This document shows positions 1 to 12,744 of a stretch of 64,000 bases of DNA, one piece after another. The notes beneath the pieces were generated by a model. It was not told the DNA's origin, did no database searches, and saw only the letters and a list, made by a program, of their open reading frames with translations. This stretch comes from Octopus vulgaris (taxonomy: Eukaryota), in NCBI GenBank assembly GCA_951406725.2, contig OX597818.1:21700001-21764000 (forward strand), read 5' to 3'. The first letter of the stretch is position 1. Each line of letters begins with the position of its first letter. A program made the translations under genes and the position numbers.

Positions 1-129
1 TTTGAGTTTGTCTACACTTATCCAAGATGCTGTGCAGTGGGACTGAACCCGAAACAACATGCTTGTAAAGCAACCTTCTTAAGCAGACAAACATGCCTGC
101 CCTTTTTACTCTCTCACACACGCAATATC

Positions 130-168
<39 letters not shown>

Positions 169-213
169 AGGGAGAAAGAGTGATATAAGCGATATAACTT
201 GTTTATGTTCATC

Positions 214-261
<48 letters not shown>

Positions 262-1158
262 TTAAAAATAGGATAAAATTTTCATAAGAATTTATCAAGT
301 AGTTAGCATGAAAAACCTCATAAGAGAAAAAACCCATCAATTTTTTCCTTTAAATTTATTTATATATATATATATATATAGGTTTAATGGAACAATCAGT
401 ATAAAAAGAGCTCAATATATGAGTGTACACATGTATGTGTGTGAATGATTGTACTAAAATCCTAGTAACTTGTATAATAAAGTGTGCTAATAGAGCTATC
501 ATTTTCTGAATGTAGTGTAGTTTTAGGTAATGCTGTATCATGTTTATTTATACCTTTTTTTTCATTAGTCCTAGTTACACCTACTGTTACTGGGACTGTT
601 TAAGTTCCCAATCTCTTTCTCACATCTCTATTTCTTCTCCCTTTATTGTTTGTTTCTTTTTCTACCTCAGTATCTGGCGCCAAACACTAGACTTACTACG
701 TGCAGCTGTCAAAATAGCTATAGTATATATATCTAACTAGTCATGTGCTTGCAGCTTGCTGATAAGCTAAGAAACTGTAGGGTTCATTCAATGACAGGTA
801 AAAAAAAAATGTTGGGAGTCTTTTCCTTTTCGAAGAAAATATAATTTCTCTTATTCATCTTATCTTTTTTTACCATTTTCATTTCCAGCCCGTGACACTC
901 TGTAAGGAATGAATATCCTGTTCATTTCTTTCTTTAAACATCAATGTAGTAATATGAGGAGTTTGTATAGTAGTTTTTGATTTATTCAACATTTTGTACC
1001 ATTTAAGTTTTTAACTTAATATTTTACACTAATAATCATGTATGTGTTTAGATACTAGGAAACTTACTGTTTAGAGGCATAACATTTCAGGTATGACATC
1101 TCTACACATTTGTGTGTGAGTGGGTGCGTATGTGTATATCTGTTTTTATCTATCAGTT

Positions 1159-1194
<36 letters not shown>

Positions 1195-3124
1195 TCAGAT
1201 AGATAATACAAATCTTGTGTTCGTGTGTAAGTGTGCATATGTATGTTTGTATTATTGTAAAGATGTGTGACCATATGTTTGTCTGTTTCTATGTATGTAT
1301 GAAAGAGAGGAGAGATAGTTTATTCTTGTTCATGTGTAGGTGTGCATATGTTGTGTGTGTGTATGTAGGTGTATAGGTGTATCTGTTTTTGTAGCTGTCT
1401 GTATACAGCTGCATGAGTTTAGGTATTTGACTTTCTTTCTGACTCTGTGTGTGTGTGTGCATGTGTGCACGTGCGCATGCAAACCACATTATCTAAGATT
1501 TCTATGTCTGATATCCTGTGTATGTATGTGTATGGTGTGCATCATTGGTGTGAAATATGTTGCCTTATTGCTAAAGATCATATAAAATAATTTTTTTGTA
1601 TCATCTTTCCTCACTTCAAATTGTATCTCTATCATGTTCTAAAAGAAATTAGTGAATATCAGTTAGTATTCTTTTATTAAACATGAAGTTTTTGATTTAT
1701 GAAAGGGATGATACTCTGATGTAGTTGTATTTATTTTCCCTTTACTTTCTTGTTTTTAAATTGAATTAGTATCCTAATTGAAGATTACTTGACATTTCTT
1801 TATTATGTGTGTGGACTAACATTACACCATCAACTCTGCAAAATAGTAGGTCATATCAAACATTACCATTCCTACAGTGCACATTATTATATCAACTTCC
1901 TAATGATTCCTATAACACACTGTTTCTTTTATTTTATACCTATCTGCTAGTCATAAAATGCACATGCATGTGTCATATGTTAAATGTGTGTACAAAAGAG
2001 TTTACCTCTAGAAGGATACTGAATATTTTTTTAACAAAGTACAAGAACTGTATATTTTAGGAGGGATACAACAGTAGTTGTGATGCTCATGGTTTTCTCA
2101 AGGCCATTAGTAGCATTAGTGATGTAAAGCAGTTTCAGTTTGGAATTAAAGTTGAATTGTGGTCTATATTCATCAAAGCTTACCTATAAAAGTTACAGCA
2201 CCTATCAAAAATTTGATAGCATGACATTAGTTGGAAGATTAAAGTATAGGTCTACTGACTCTTGGACCATGAATTAAAGCTTATGACTACTACAGTTAGA
2301 CTATGCTCTTGAGCAAATCTCAGTGCATGGATTGTCTTAGACATCCTAGGTTAATTAAGATTTGAGTTGTGGTGGTATTGAGATCATTTGATTAAATAAA
2401 TAATTGTTTTAAGAGTAAGTGAAATACCCAAATTTCCAAATTTGATCCCACTAATGCTACCATCATAAAATGAATCCAAAACAAGGAAATCAAGAAAAGA
2501 AGCAACACCAAAAATCTAGAAAATTATATCAGTGTTGATTTTATGAATTTTTCCATCAACACTCCTCCCGTCCATGTTTTTGGGTATTGCATCATCTAAA
2601 CACTTTCAGCTCAAGTTCTTTCTCATTGGATTCCCTCCATATTTTGAACTGCCCTGACAGAGCAGGTTTGGTATTGTTTTAAAATTATAATATCCACATT
2701 AGATATGTTCTTAGGCTTCACCTAACATGAAACAACATTCCAGGTGTATTTAATGTACCCACCACATGCTATACTTTTCTTTAGATATCATGTGTAATTA
2801 AATATACTGAAATGTAGTGGAAGTCAGTCAGTGCAAACATTAGGGGGGCCAAGCTAGATCTGGTTTTGTGTATGCACTCTGCTTCTGCATTTGAATTTTG
2901 TTATGATTGTCTTACCTTTCAACCCTCTAAAGTTGATAAGTCAAGTATCTAAGATAATTAAATATATTGGGTAATTTCATTCAACTGTAAAGACTGGATG
3001 ATTTAAGACATACTGCATTGGAAAATCTGCTTATAGGATATCATTTGAAATATGCTGCAGGAAATATGTGTTTCTTGACAAAACCCTTTATTGTACATTG
3101 TTTCAGTTCAACTAGCTGTTTGAA

Positions 3125-3430
3125 AGAATTATCACATTGATGGCTAATTGGGAATAGGTACCAAATCTCTTTGGAATGATACCTGTTGAAAATTACTGGT
3201 AGCAGATACCATATTTCCTGAAAATATTATCTGTAATAGATCCTTAAGGATAGGTACCAGATCTGTTAACATTATCTTAATGGATTCATTGAACATAAGT
3301 ACCAGAGTTCATGGAAATGTCACCTGTGATTGATTACTGGAGATAGATTCCAAATCTCATGGAAATGTTACTTGTGATATATCATTAGAAATAGGTACTA
3401 AATCTCTTTAGAATGTTAATTGTGACAGTC
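3125..3430. repeat. Degenerate ~48 bp minisatellite (~6 units)
   Basis: Anchor ata(g/a)gtacc recurs at 3159, 3207, 3255, 3300, 3348, 3396. Confidence 0.75.
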
Positions 3431-3514
3431 ATCTTACCTGAGCAGAAATTTCCCCCCTCTACTTAGTTTTGAAATCATAGTTAATCATCATAATCATTGG
3501 CTTTGTAATTGTCT

Positions 3515-3680
3515 TTGTCATCGTCATCATCTCTTGCTGGCATGGTATCACAGGATCTGATGTTCCAAAGTTTGATTTGGCCTGGTTTCTATGGTCTGAT
3601 GTCCTTCCTAATGCTAGCCACTTTACAGAATGTTCTGAGTGCTTTTTGTCATGGCACCAACACTAATGAGGTCATGATGC
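3515..3680 (-). mobile_element. RTE-tail-bearing repeat (antisense, degenerate)
   Basis: tcatcgtcatcat..gatgtccttcctaatgctagccactttacaga..gtgctttttgtcatggcacc. Confidence 0.6.
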
Positions 3681-5440
3681 AGCTTGTAAGAGTAAGATCC
3701 TGTTTAATTGAGTTGGGTTGAGAGGTAACATTATGCTAGGAGATGAGAGGTTAAAGTATGAGAAGAGAAGAGAACAGAACAGACTTCTTGCTGTAGAAAT
3801 GGTCCATGGCTGCTCACATTATAGAAGAGAGGATGGCAGTGACTGGGGAAAGAGAGAAAGCAGCAGTGATAAGGTGTCTGTGGGAACCCTCAAGGTATGA
3901 GATGAGCAGAAGTGAATAGGGACAAATCTGTGTGTGTGTGTGTGTGGGGGGGGGGAGTTTTACAAATGAGATGATTAAAGGTGGGGAACAGGTGAGGGGG
4001 CAATTATAATAAATGAGAAACAAGTGTTGAAGGATGATAAATAGGAAAGAATAGGTGAAAACTGTAGAGGTTGGGTAGGGTTAAGGGATGGAGTGACCAA
4101 TGATACATATGAGGGAGAGAGAAAGATAATGTGTAGTTCGGTAGGTTACAAGAGTGTAGAGGTAGAGGCAGGTGTAGTGCATAGTAAGTGTCGGAGATGT
4201 ATGGTGGTGGAGAAGGTAGTTAAAAAGGTAATCAATGTAAAATGGGAATGGAGAAGACAGTATAAAGAATGACAGATGGATATCAATGGCTTTTATTTAG
4301 AAAGTGTTAAATAACTTTTCAAACAATTGTACTCTTCAAAAAAAAAAAAAATTGTTATTATAGAAGCAACTGGCTTGAATTTTCAAAGAAATTATTGTAC
4401 AATTGATTTGGGGGAATAGGAACCTTGTTATAATTGGTTAATTATGGTGAACCAAGAACAAAATTATGTTTTTGTGTCAGCTGTGTGAACTGAAAGAAAA
4501 TAGTTACATGCCTCATCTCAAGGGACAGCATGAATGAGCATACATGTACAACCATAAACATTTATACAAGCACATTTGTGTGAAATGCAAGAGTAGAGAA
4601 GAGCAGTAAAATCTGTTTTGGAAATATCAACACATGTGGTAAAAAATGATATTCTTATAAAACTGGTGTTTTGTAGATGTTCATAAGTACAAAGTGTTCT
4701 GATTGGGTATCATCTTCATCAGTTCTAATTGGTTGAATGAACTTATAAAAGACACCAATCCTTATTAAATAAACAACCAAAGATAATCTCTTAAGTTGAA
4801 AGAGAACAGTGATGATCTGCACTAACATAAGTAGTTAAAAGGTGTTTTAGTAATTAATCTGTATTTTATTAACTTATGTTGAGAACAAGGGCAATTGAGT
4901 CAATAGATTACTAAACATATAGCTGAAAGATTGGTTCATACCATCTCACACTATCTTGTGTTCTGGGACATGACACTTAACTTTCAGTTATCCAGACAAC
5001 TTAGCTGTATATAGGAACTTCAGTGTCAACAGGTTGCTGATGTATGCAATGGTAGTGATTAGAATTAGCAAGTGATTTTTTTAGAAAGCTTAGTTAAAAT
5101 TCCTTAATGAGAAAAATCTACCTGTATCAGTTCAACATTCCATAGCATGAGTCAAAGATCAATTTCTCATCTACTTAATGTTATATAAATCAGAAACAAG
5201 CATGAAACTCTTTAGTTACTTGGGATTTGAAAAATTGTAATCACCTTATCAATTTAGGATTGTAAAGCCAAGTCAACATGGGAGCTTTTAAGTGTTTGCT
5301 TGACCTGCTAAAAATAGCAGCTAAATCTTCCTCATGTTAAACTGTACCATTTTAAAAAATGGAATGGCTATATTAAATATTACAGCCCTAGGCATACAAT
5401 GCATGTGAGGAAGATGGGGGTTGGAATGCTTTTTACCATA

Positions 5441-5750
5441 AAGGGTAAAGACCCTGTTTGGTCATGAATGACTATGAGATTGCACCTAGAAAGTTACCCT
5501 TCTAGGTACAAGTCTGGGCAAGATTGTTTATGGAAGAGTAGCAGTTGCTGATACATACCAACCTCCCCTCTCTACATCACTGATATTATCCAAGGGAAAG
5601 GCAAACACCAGTACAGCTTGGCGCTAAGTGATGTTGCAACTCATTTCAACTGTGGAATGAACTGGAGCAACGTGAAATAAAGTGTCTTCCTCAAGAATAC
5701 AACACACAGCTTGATCCAGGAATTGAGCTTACTACCTCATGATTCTGAGC
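5441..5750 (-). mobile_element. tRNA/CORE-like SINE related to the 42 kb copy, head interrupted
   Basis: Reverse strand gtgttgtattcttgaggaagacactttatttcacgttgctccagt matches 42080-42125; inserted within an older repeat. Confidence 0.8.
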
Positions 5751-5755
5751 CTAAC

Positions 5756-5988
5756 TCAAGCCAGTTGCTTCTGCAATAACAAAATTTTTTTTTTTAAGAG
5801 TACAATTGTTTGAAAAGTTATTTAACACTTTCTAAATAAAAGCCATTGATATCCATCTGTCATTCTTTATACTGTCCTCTCCACTCCCATTTTACATTGA
5901 TTACCTTTCTAACTACCTTCTTCACCACCATACATCTCCGACACTTACTATGCACTACACCTGCCTCTACCTCTACACTCTTGTAACC
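5756..5988 (-). repeat. Inverted copy of 4144-4378
   Basis: Near-identical reverse complement over ~233 bp with about a dozen differences by eye. Confidence 0.95.
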
Positions 5989-6359
5989 AATGAGCATACA
6001 CCTTCACTTTGGCTATAGATCTGCTCAATCAACCCTGACTTGGGGCTTAAGAACCATAACAGTAATAATGAGGAGTCCAAGTAGGAAGGTGCCTGAATCA
6101 ACTTCTGTGGGTTTTTCTAAAATAATTTATTTGTTGACCAACTATCACCAGGCTATTATGTTGAAAGGGGTGAAGTCAGTGCAAATCTTATTCTATTTAC
6201 AAATTCAAGTGTAGATTGTTTAAACAACCATACTGGTTATTTACTGTAAGTGTATTTATGTTTAACATACCTAGCTCACAAGCATTAACATCAGCTGGTT
6301 TATTTGCTGCACCCATCTATCTTAAAATAATGAAGAGTAGATGCTCTCATTCTGTGTTA

Positions 6360-6512
6360 AGTGCAAGTATAGATGTGTTGTAAAAAGTTTCCTTCCCAAG
6401 CACATGATTTCAGGTTCAGTCCCACTGCATAGTGCATTTGGCAGGTGTCTTCTACTTATAGCTGATCAAAGCCGTATGAGATGGAAACTGAAACAAAGCC
6501 TATTGTGTGTGT
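6360..6512 (+). mobile_element. Family B SINE head
   Basis: caggttcagtcccactgcatagtgcatttggcaggtgtcttctac..ggaaactgaaacaaagcc; the Tc1 sits in its downstream microsatellite. Confidence 0.7.
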
Positions 6513-6513
6513 T

Positions 6514-6548
<35 letters not shown>

Positions 6549-6567
6549 TATTACATACATACACATA

Positions 6568-8154
6568 CAGTGGGGGGAAATAAATATTCGTACATGTCAA
6601 AATCCTTTATTTATTTAATTTCTAATGAACATAAATGGGATATACCAATACTATATTTGCATACACATGCATAAACTAAGAATATGCAAAAGAAACTAAT
6701 AAATTATAGTAACTAAGGAATTTATATACAATCATAAATATTTAGGGATGAAAAACGTATTCATACAGAATAAATTTATGATTTTCTATATGACAAAAAC
6801 TGTTAAAATAATTTTTTTTACTAGAACTTTCTCATTTGTTCCAATAATCTTATCAGTTGTCATTATTCGCCATTATTACGATACTACTTTAAATTAGTAT
6901 GGTAATAATGGCGAAAAGTAAAGAACTCACAAATACAGTGAAAAACTTAATTATTGAACAATGGAAAGCAGGTAAAAGTTACAGGAAAATATCAGAGACC
7001 CTTTGTATTCCATTTTTCTACCATATCTTCATTTATTCAAAGATATAAAAAATCGGGAACTGTTGAAAACAGAATAAGATCCAGTGCACCATGCAAGATT
7101 TCCCCTAGATCTTTAAGAAAAATGAAGTGAAGAATCGAAAAAAACACAATGATCACCAGAAGGGAGTTGCAAGAAGATTTGTTAGCTTCAGGGACTAGTG
7201 TTACACTACAAACAATCAGCAATGAACTTCATAGGAATGAACTGAAGTCACGTTCTCCTAGAAAAACTCCACTGTTGACTAAAAGGCAAAGAGATGCCCG
7301 TTTAAAATTTGTTTATGAACATAAAGATAAACCTGATATATTCTGGGAAAATGTTCTATGGACAGACGAGTCGAAAATTGAATTGTTTGGATGAAATTTG
7401 CGTAGACATGTTTGGAGGAAAGATGGTACCACCTATTCGCTGAAAAACACAATTCCTACCGTAAAGTTTGGAGGTGGCAACATCATGGTGTGGGGGTGTT
7501 TCTCTGCAAATGGTACATGTAATTCACATGTGATAGATGGTAGAATGAATGCAGAGATGTACCAAAATATTTTGAACAATAATTTATGGGACTCTATAGA
7601 AAAGCTCCAGCTTTGTGAAGGGTGGGTTTTACAACAGGATAAGGACCCTAAGCACATGGCGAAGTCTACCAAAAAATGGATTGTCGATCACAATATAAAA
7701 TTATTAGAATGGCCAAGTCAGTCACCTGACTTGAACCCCATTGAAAATTTGTGGCGTTATTTGAAAATTAAAATTCATTCAAGAGCCCCAACGTGCATTC
7801 CAGATTTGAAGAAAATTTGTCAAGAAGAACGGGAAAAAATTCCTAAAAAAACATGTAAGTCATTGATTAAGAATTATAAGAGATTAGTTGAAGTGGAACT
7901 GAATAATGGTTATGCTACGAAGTATTAAATCAGAATTATCAGTTATTTATGTTCTGTATGAATACTTTTTTCACCCCTAAATATTTATAATTGTATATAA
8001 ATTCCTTAGTTACTATAATTTATTAGTTTCTTTTGCATATTCTTAGTTTATGCATGTGTATGCAAATATAGTATTGGTATATCCCGTTTATGTTCATTAG
8101 AAATTGGATAAATAAAGAATTTTGACAAGTACGAATATTTATTTCCCCTCACTG
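6568..8154 (+). mobile_element. Tc1-family DNA transposon, full length (1587 bp), IR/DR-type TIRs
   Basis: TA target duplication (6566-6567, 8155-8156); ~203 bp TIRs 6568-6770 and 7952-8154 beginning CAGTG; internal transposase. Confidence 0.97.
6908..7928 (+). pseudogene. Tc1 DD34E transposase pseudogene
   Basis: MAKSKEL.. N-terminus; WTDESK, QQDKDPKH and SPDLNPIENLW motifs with 34 residues between second D and E; +1 frameshift near 7012-7018; in-frame TGA at 7128 and 7392. Confidence 0.95.
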
Positions 8155-8168
8155 TATCTCTCTCTCTC

Positions 8169-8199
<31 letters not shown>

Positions 8200-8236
8200 T
8201 ATAATCAAAATAAGCAACAAAGATATCCAGAGGCAA

Positions 8237-8322
8237 TGCAGTATGATCGTTTCACGCAACTCCATTTAATTGAGTAATGCAACCATTATATCAATTTAAA
8301 TGCAGAACAATCCTCAGCTGCA
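8237..8322 (-). ncRNA. Type I hammerhead ribozyme fold (Penelope-type minimal stem III), one mismatch next to the core
   Basis: Minus strand: tgcag-CTGAGGA-long stem II (catttaaattga/tcaattaaatg)-GAAAC-gatc-ATA-ctgca. Confidence 0.65.
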
Positions 8323-11300
8323 CAAAGACATAGAATTTAATTAAATTAAAACAGATGGACACATTAGTATAATTTTACCTAAAATCTCCAAGAAGTTAGG
8401 GACCCAAAAGACAATAGGCAAAGTTGATGCTAGTTGGGTATGAACTCAAAATAGTGGGTTTATAATAATGTCCCTAGTATGGCATTATGCTACTCTTATG
8501 AAGAAAAACACTGATATCTATTTGAGTTTTTAGATAAAAAAAAAAATATATTTATTCTTTTTGTAAACAAAAAACAATGTCATAACTATGAACAACAAAA
8601 CATTGAGAGAGTTTGAAGATTATTGTTCCTGGATTGGTGTGATTGTAGCAACAGTCAAAAGGTTAACTGGTCCTTGTGTTGCTGATACTGTTTGTTCAGC
8701 GTGGTTAGCTGCTGGTTATACTACTGTCTTCTGGTAACTTTTGTTTGCTGTCTGGTCATTGCTTTTGAGTTGTTCCAGCACTTGGGTCAGCTGCTGTCCA
8801 CTACCTTGTAGCTAAGGTATGCTGAATATATAGTGGTGGTGTGGCTCAGAAAGAAGCATGGGAGCTGGTTCCATGTGAAGTCTTGATTGGTCAGATTTTT
8901 TTTATGATGTAGGTAATAGGTAACATTCTAGCAAATCACGACATAAGATATAGTGATCTAATTGCTAAATATTCTCGCAATACTACCTTAGCAGAGATTA
9001 ACAAATTTGTAGGTGATGGTTACAATCAATACCAGGTACTTGTTTGAGTAATTCTAGAAGGCTGAAGGACAAAAATCAATTCTGGCAGGATTTCAACTTA
9101 GAACATAAAAAGATGAAAATAATTAACGTATATCTTTGTTGGCTTGGAAGAATCATTAGAGCGTTAGATAGGATTTGAAAAAGGAGTGTAAAAACAAGAA
9201 AAAATATCACAATGCATTCTCTCTGAGTCAATTTGTTATATAAAAAGCTGACAATAATGAGGATTTTTTTAAAAGGCCATAATGACTTATACTTGTACTA
9301 CTCTCTGTAGAATGTTGAGTTCCACTGACTACATTGTCCATTGTCCAGGAATGAAGCTTAGTCAAAAAGTGATCTGCAAAAAGATATGTCACATGAATAA
9401 TGACCACACCTGTTCACTTATCACCATCCTTCAGAAATCTCACAGATGTGCCAACCCCAACACATTCTTTGCACATTATCAACAACATACCTGAAAACAC
9501 TCCTAGGTGTAGTTGTTGGCAGAAAAGTCCTTGTGACTAATGGAACCATGAAAAGAAAGAATATATGTTCCAATCTGGTCAGATATTCTGGGACATGGTA
9601 CTACAGTCAAGTTGTAGTACACTACTAACATGATTTTAGACATTAAACTCCTCTGCTGATCTTTCAGCTTCTCAACCCATTCTGAATGAAATTCTGCTCA
9701 TGGCTTCTTCCTAATTTTTCTTCATTGAAAGCTTGGTTTAAACCTATCACCTTTACTGGGTCCAGTGATAGAAACCATCATCCTATGTAGACTGACTCTC
9801 TAGATGCTGAGTTACAAGCCTACCAACTTGTCCTAGTTAATGTATGTACCTGTTACCTCCTGGTATTCTAGTTTGGTGCTGACCAACCAATTTCTGATGT
9901 GTCTAACACCATCACAGACAGTGATGTCTGCACTTGCAGGCATAGCTTTCCTGTGTCCCAGTTTGAATAAGAGTAATGTGACCAACTTCTGCAGCAACAG
10001 TGGCTTCAGTGCCAAAATATGCAGAAATGATGGCCAGCTGAGTATATGATGCAAAATGCTTTGAACATATGGCCATTTAGTTGGATCACCAAACAGATGT
10101 CACTGTACATTGAGTGATCCAATTATTGAAGATAAAATTGAATTTGGCTAGGCTTAGGACTGCCATCCTGTCTAACAAATTAGTCTGATCTAAATTATCA
10201 ATTCCCCACTGAAGTCAGATCTAGTGCCAACTAATTTTGTGATGTACTGCAAGAGATAGCAGTGTTGTAGATAGAACTATCAAGAGTTTCATAAAAACTT
10301 ACATGTCTGACGTCACTAACAAGTATCACTTAAGTAATACATTTGTCAAAAACATAGACACAAGGTTACAAGCTTTGCAATAGTCAACTATATCAACTCT
10401 AGTACTCAACTGGTACATATTTTATTGACCTTAGAAAGGTAGGATTTGAGTACAGTTAATAAAGGAAACATTACGAAGCATCTTTTCAACCATTCAACTA
10501 ATTCTGCTAATTCATTATGCTTGGTAATTATAAGATAAATAATAATGATAATGATAATTAAATACTGTAATGCATTTATGTAGTTGGCTGATCTCATGTG
10601 TTGACGTCATCACTTCCCTATTAAATAATATTAAATGTTTTTGAAAAAAGAAATAAAGTATTTCCTCCTTTTCCTTCTCTCTCTGTTCTTGTTTTTTTTT
10701 TTCCTTTTTAAACCCAACTCACCCTCTTTAAATAAAATGAAATTAAAAAAATGTTGTTAGTAATCCTGTTTTATCAGTCTTTCTGAAATATTTTTATCAA
10801 TTATCTCAACTTTAGAAGTTAATTCCATGTAACTACTGTCAGATGTAGATTCTGTAGGATTGGTGAGTAGTGATGGTGGTGAATGGCAGATGGAAGAGTG
10901 TACGTAGGTTCATACATAATCTGGAAAGGGTATTTAGTAGCTTTCTTGTTAGAATATTTGGTATGAATGAAAGCTCTTGCCATCCCTAAGGTATCATCTG
11001 TTTTATTTAATAAGTCACTTCATCACCAACATGTAATAGAAATTGAGCTGGTGGAGTTGGTGTTGATTGAAACCTAGTTATGCCATCACATCTCTGGGTT
11101 TTTTCCTGTGTGCTGAATTCATTTGTCTCAGGGGTTTTGTGCTATGCTTGTATCTAATCTAATTATGTACTTCAGTATTTTGGCTTAAAGTCCTACTGGT
11201 TGCTAACTGTCTCTCATCCAGCCATGGCAGATAAAATAATTACCAATGACATGCAGGGGTAGAGGCAATGTGGATCAAGAATTGGACTACTTGCCTACAG

Positions 11301-12198
11301 ATCATAAGTTTAAATCTACAGCAGGCATTTTCTATTTTATTTTACATTGTCTCGGTTCAGGAGATGTGGAAAATAGGTACCAGTTTTTTTTCTTCATTTT
11401 TTTTTTTTTTTGGAAGATGGTAGAAAACTCAGAAAGGCACTTACTGATGATACATAACCTTGATCTTAAAATGTTAAGCAAATGACTATTTATCCACACT
11501 TGTGCTTCAGAATATTTTTAGGGAACTCTGTGTGTGTGTGTAAAATATTTAATGAATATAACAGTTTTTATTAGCCAGAGCTCACTTCATAATTGTGTGG
11601 TTTTGGGTTCTATCCCACTACATGGCACCTTGGGCAAATGTCTACTACTATAGGCTTAGGCTGAGTAATATTGTTTGTGTGTGAATGTTTACATTCTGTG
11701 TTTTCTTGCATAACACCATTTGAGCAAATATGACAGTGATATATTTATATTCCCTGTAAACAATATGACCTGTAGCTCAGTGCTTGTGAAGACCAATGGA
11801 AAAAAAAGTCTCTTACTTGAAAAAAGATAAGAATTGGCTTCTGGAAGGGCATCTGGTTGTAACTTCCAATCCATTGCCAGCATGTAAATGCAGACATAAA
11901 TCAAATAAATGATATCTAGAACAATTACATCATAGTTGTCACTATAGTTACTAAATATACTATTTATTCTAGCCTACTGTATTATTATTTTGCAATAGGT
12001 TTGTTATTGGGTATGTATACAAAAGTAAAAGTGAATATAAGTTTTTAATAGCTACAATAGCTCTATGATGATGCAGTTGTTTTAGTTCCAACACATGATT
12101 TTTGATTAAATTACTTGCCAAACAAGTACAACTAAAGAAATAAATGTGTGTGTGTGCTTATATGCATGTGTATATTTTATATATTTTATTTTAGATTA

Positions 12199-12744
12199 TC
12201 TGCCTCTTGCTACTCTGAGTTTCAGTTGTAGGCACACAGGATCTTAAAACAAGTAGTGACTGGAAAATTGAAGGAGTTTGCACATATATAGTTATAGTTT
12301 TCTAGTCAAAGGGTGTGATAGTGGGGGAAAAAAGTTTGTTAAAGAGGTAAAAATGAGGAAAATGGAAGGGAAGGAAGGAAGTAGAAAAAGAGGAAGAGAA
12401 AAAAAGGAGAGTAATTAAAAGGAAAATAAAAATAAAGGCGGGTAAAATGAAGAGGAGGAGGGAGAAGAGGGGAAAGAAGAAAAAGGAGAGCAAAAGAAAG
12501 ACCAGGTAAAAGGAAAGGACAAAAAATGGGAAAGAATGAAAAAGAAGGATAGGAAAAAGGAAGAAATAGGAAAAGAAAAAGGAAGAAATAGGAAAAGAAA
12601 AAGAAGAGGGAACAAATGTTTCAAGTATACAATTTGGAATAAGCAGATAATGAATATTAGAGGTAATGAATGAAAATGTCAAGTCACAGTTTGTCTGACG
12701 TTTCTGTGTATCTACAGGTGAGACTCAGAGTAGCAAGAGGCTGA
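12199..12744. mobile_element. MITE-like element with ~70 bp TIRs around a polypurine tract
   Basis: gcctcttgctactctgagt (12202-12220) is the exact reverse complement of actcagagtagcaagaggc (12723-12741); weaker pairing extends ~70 bp. Confidence 0.7.

Noticed and set aside
695-800. Possible muscle promoter and first exon (E-box CAGCTG, MEF2-like caaaatag, TATA-like run, cag|gtaaaa donor)
   Set aside because: Short motifs are expected by chance in AT-rich DNA and the block looks repeat-derived; no frame-compatible link to later exons
1052-1090. 39-bp AG..CAG|gtatga candidate exon
   Set aside because: Open only in phase 0-0, not compatible with exon A entry; could be UTR but cannot be supported
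4690-4730. CTGATGA on the minus strand as a hammerhead
   Set aside because: No GAAA box and stem I does not pair
12302-12682. 126 aa Phe/Leu-rich membrane-protein-like ORF
   Set aside because: Translation of a polypyrimidine strand; no splice or codon support
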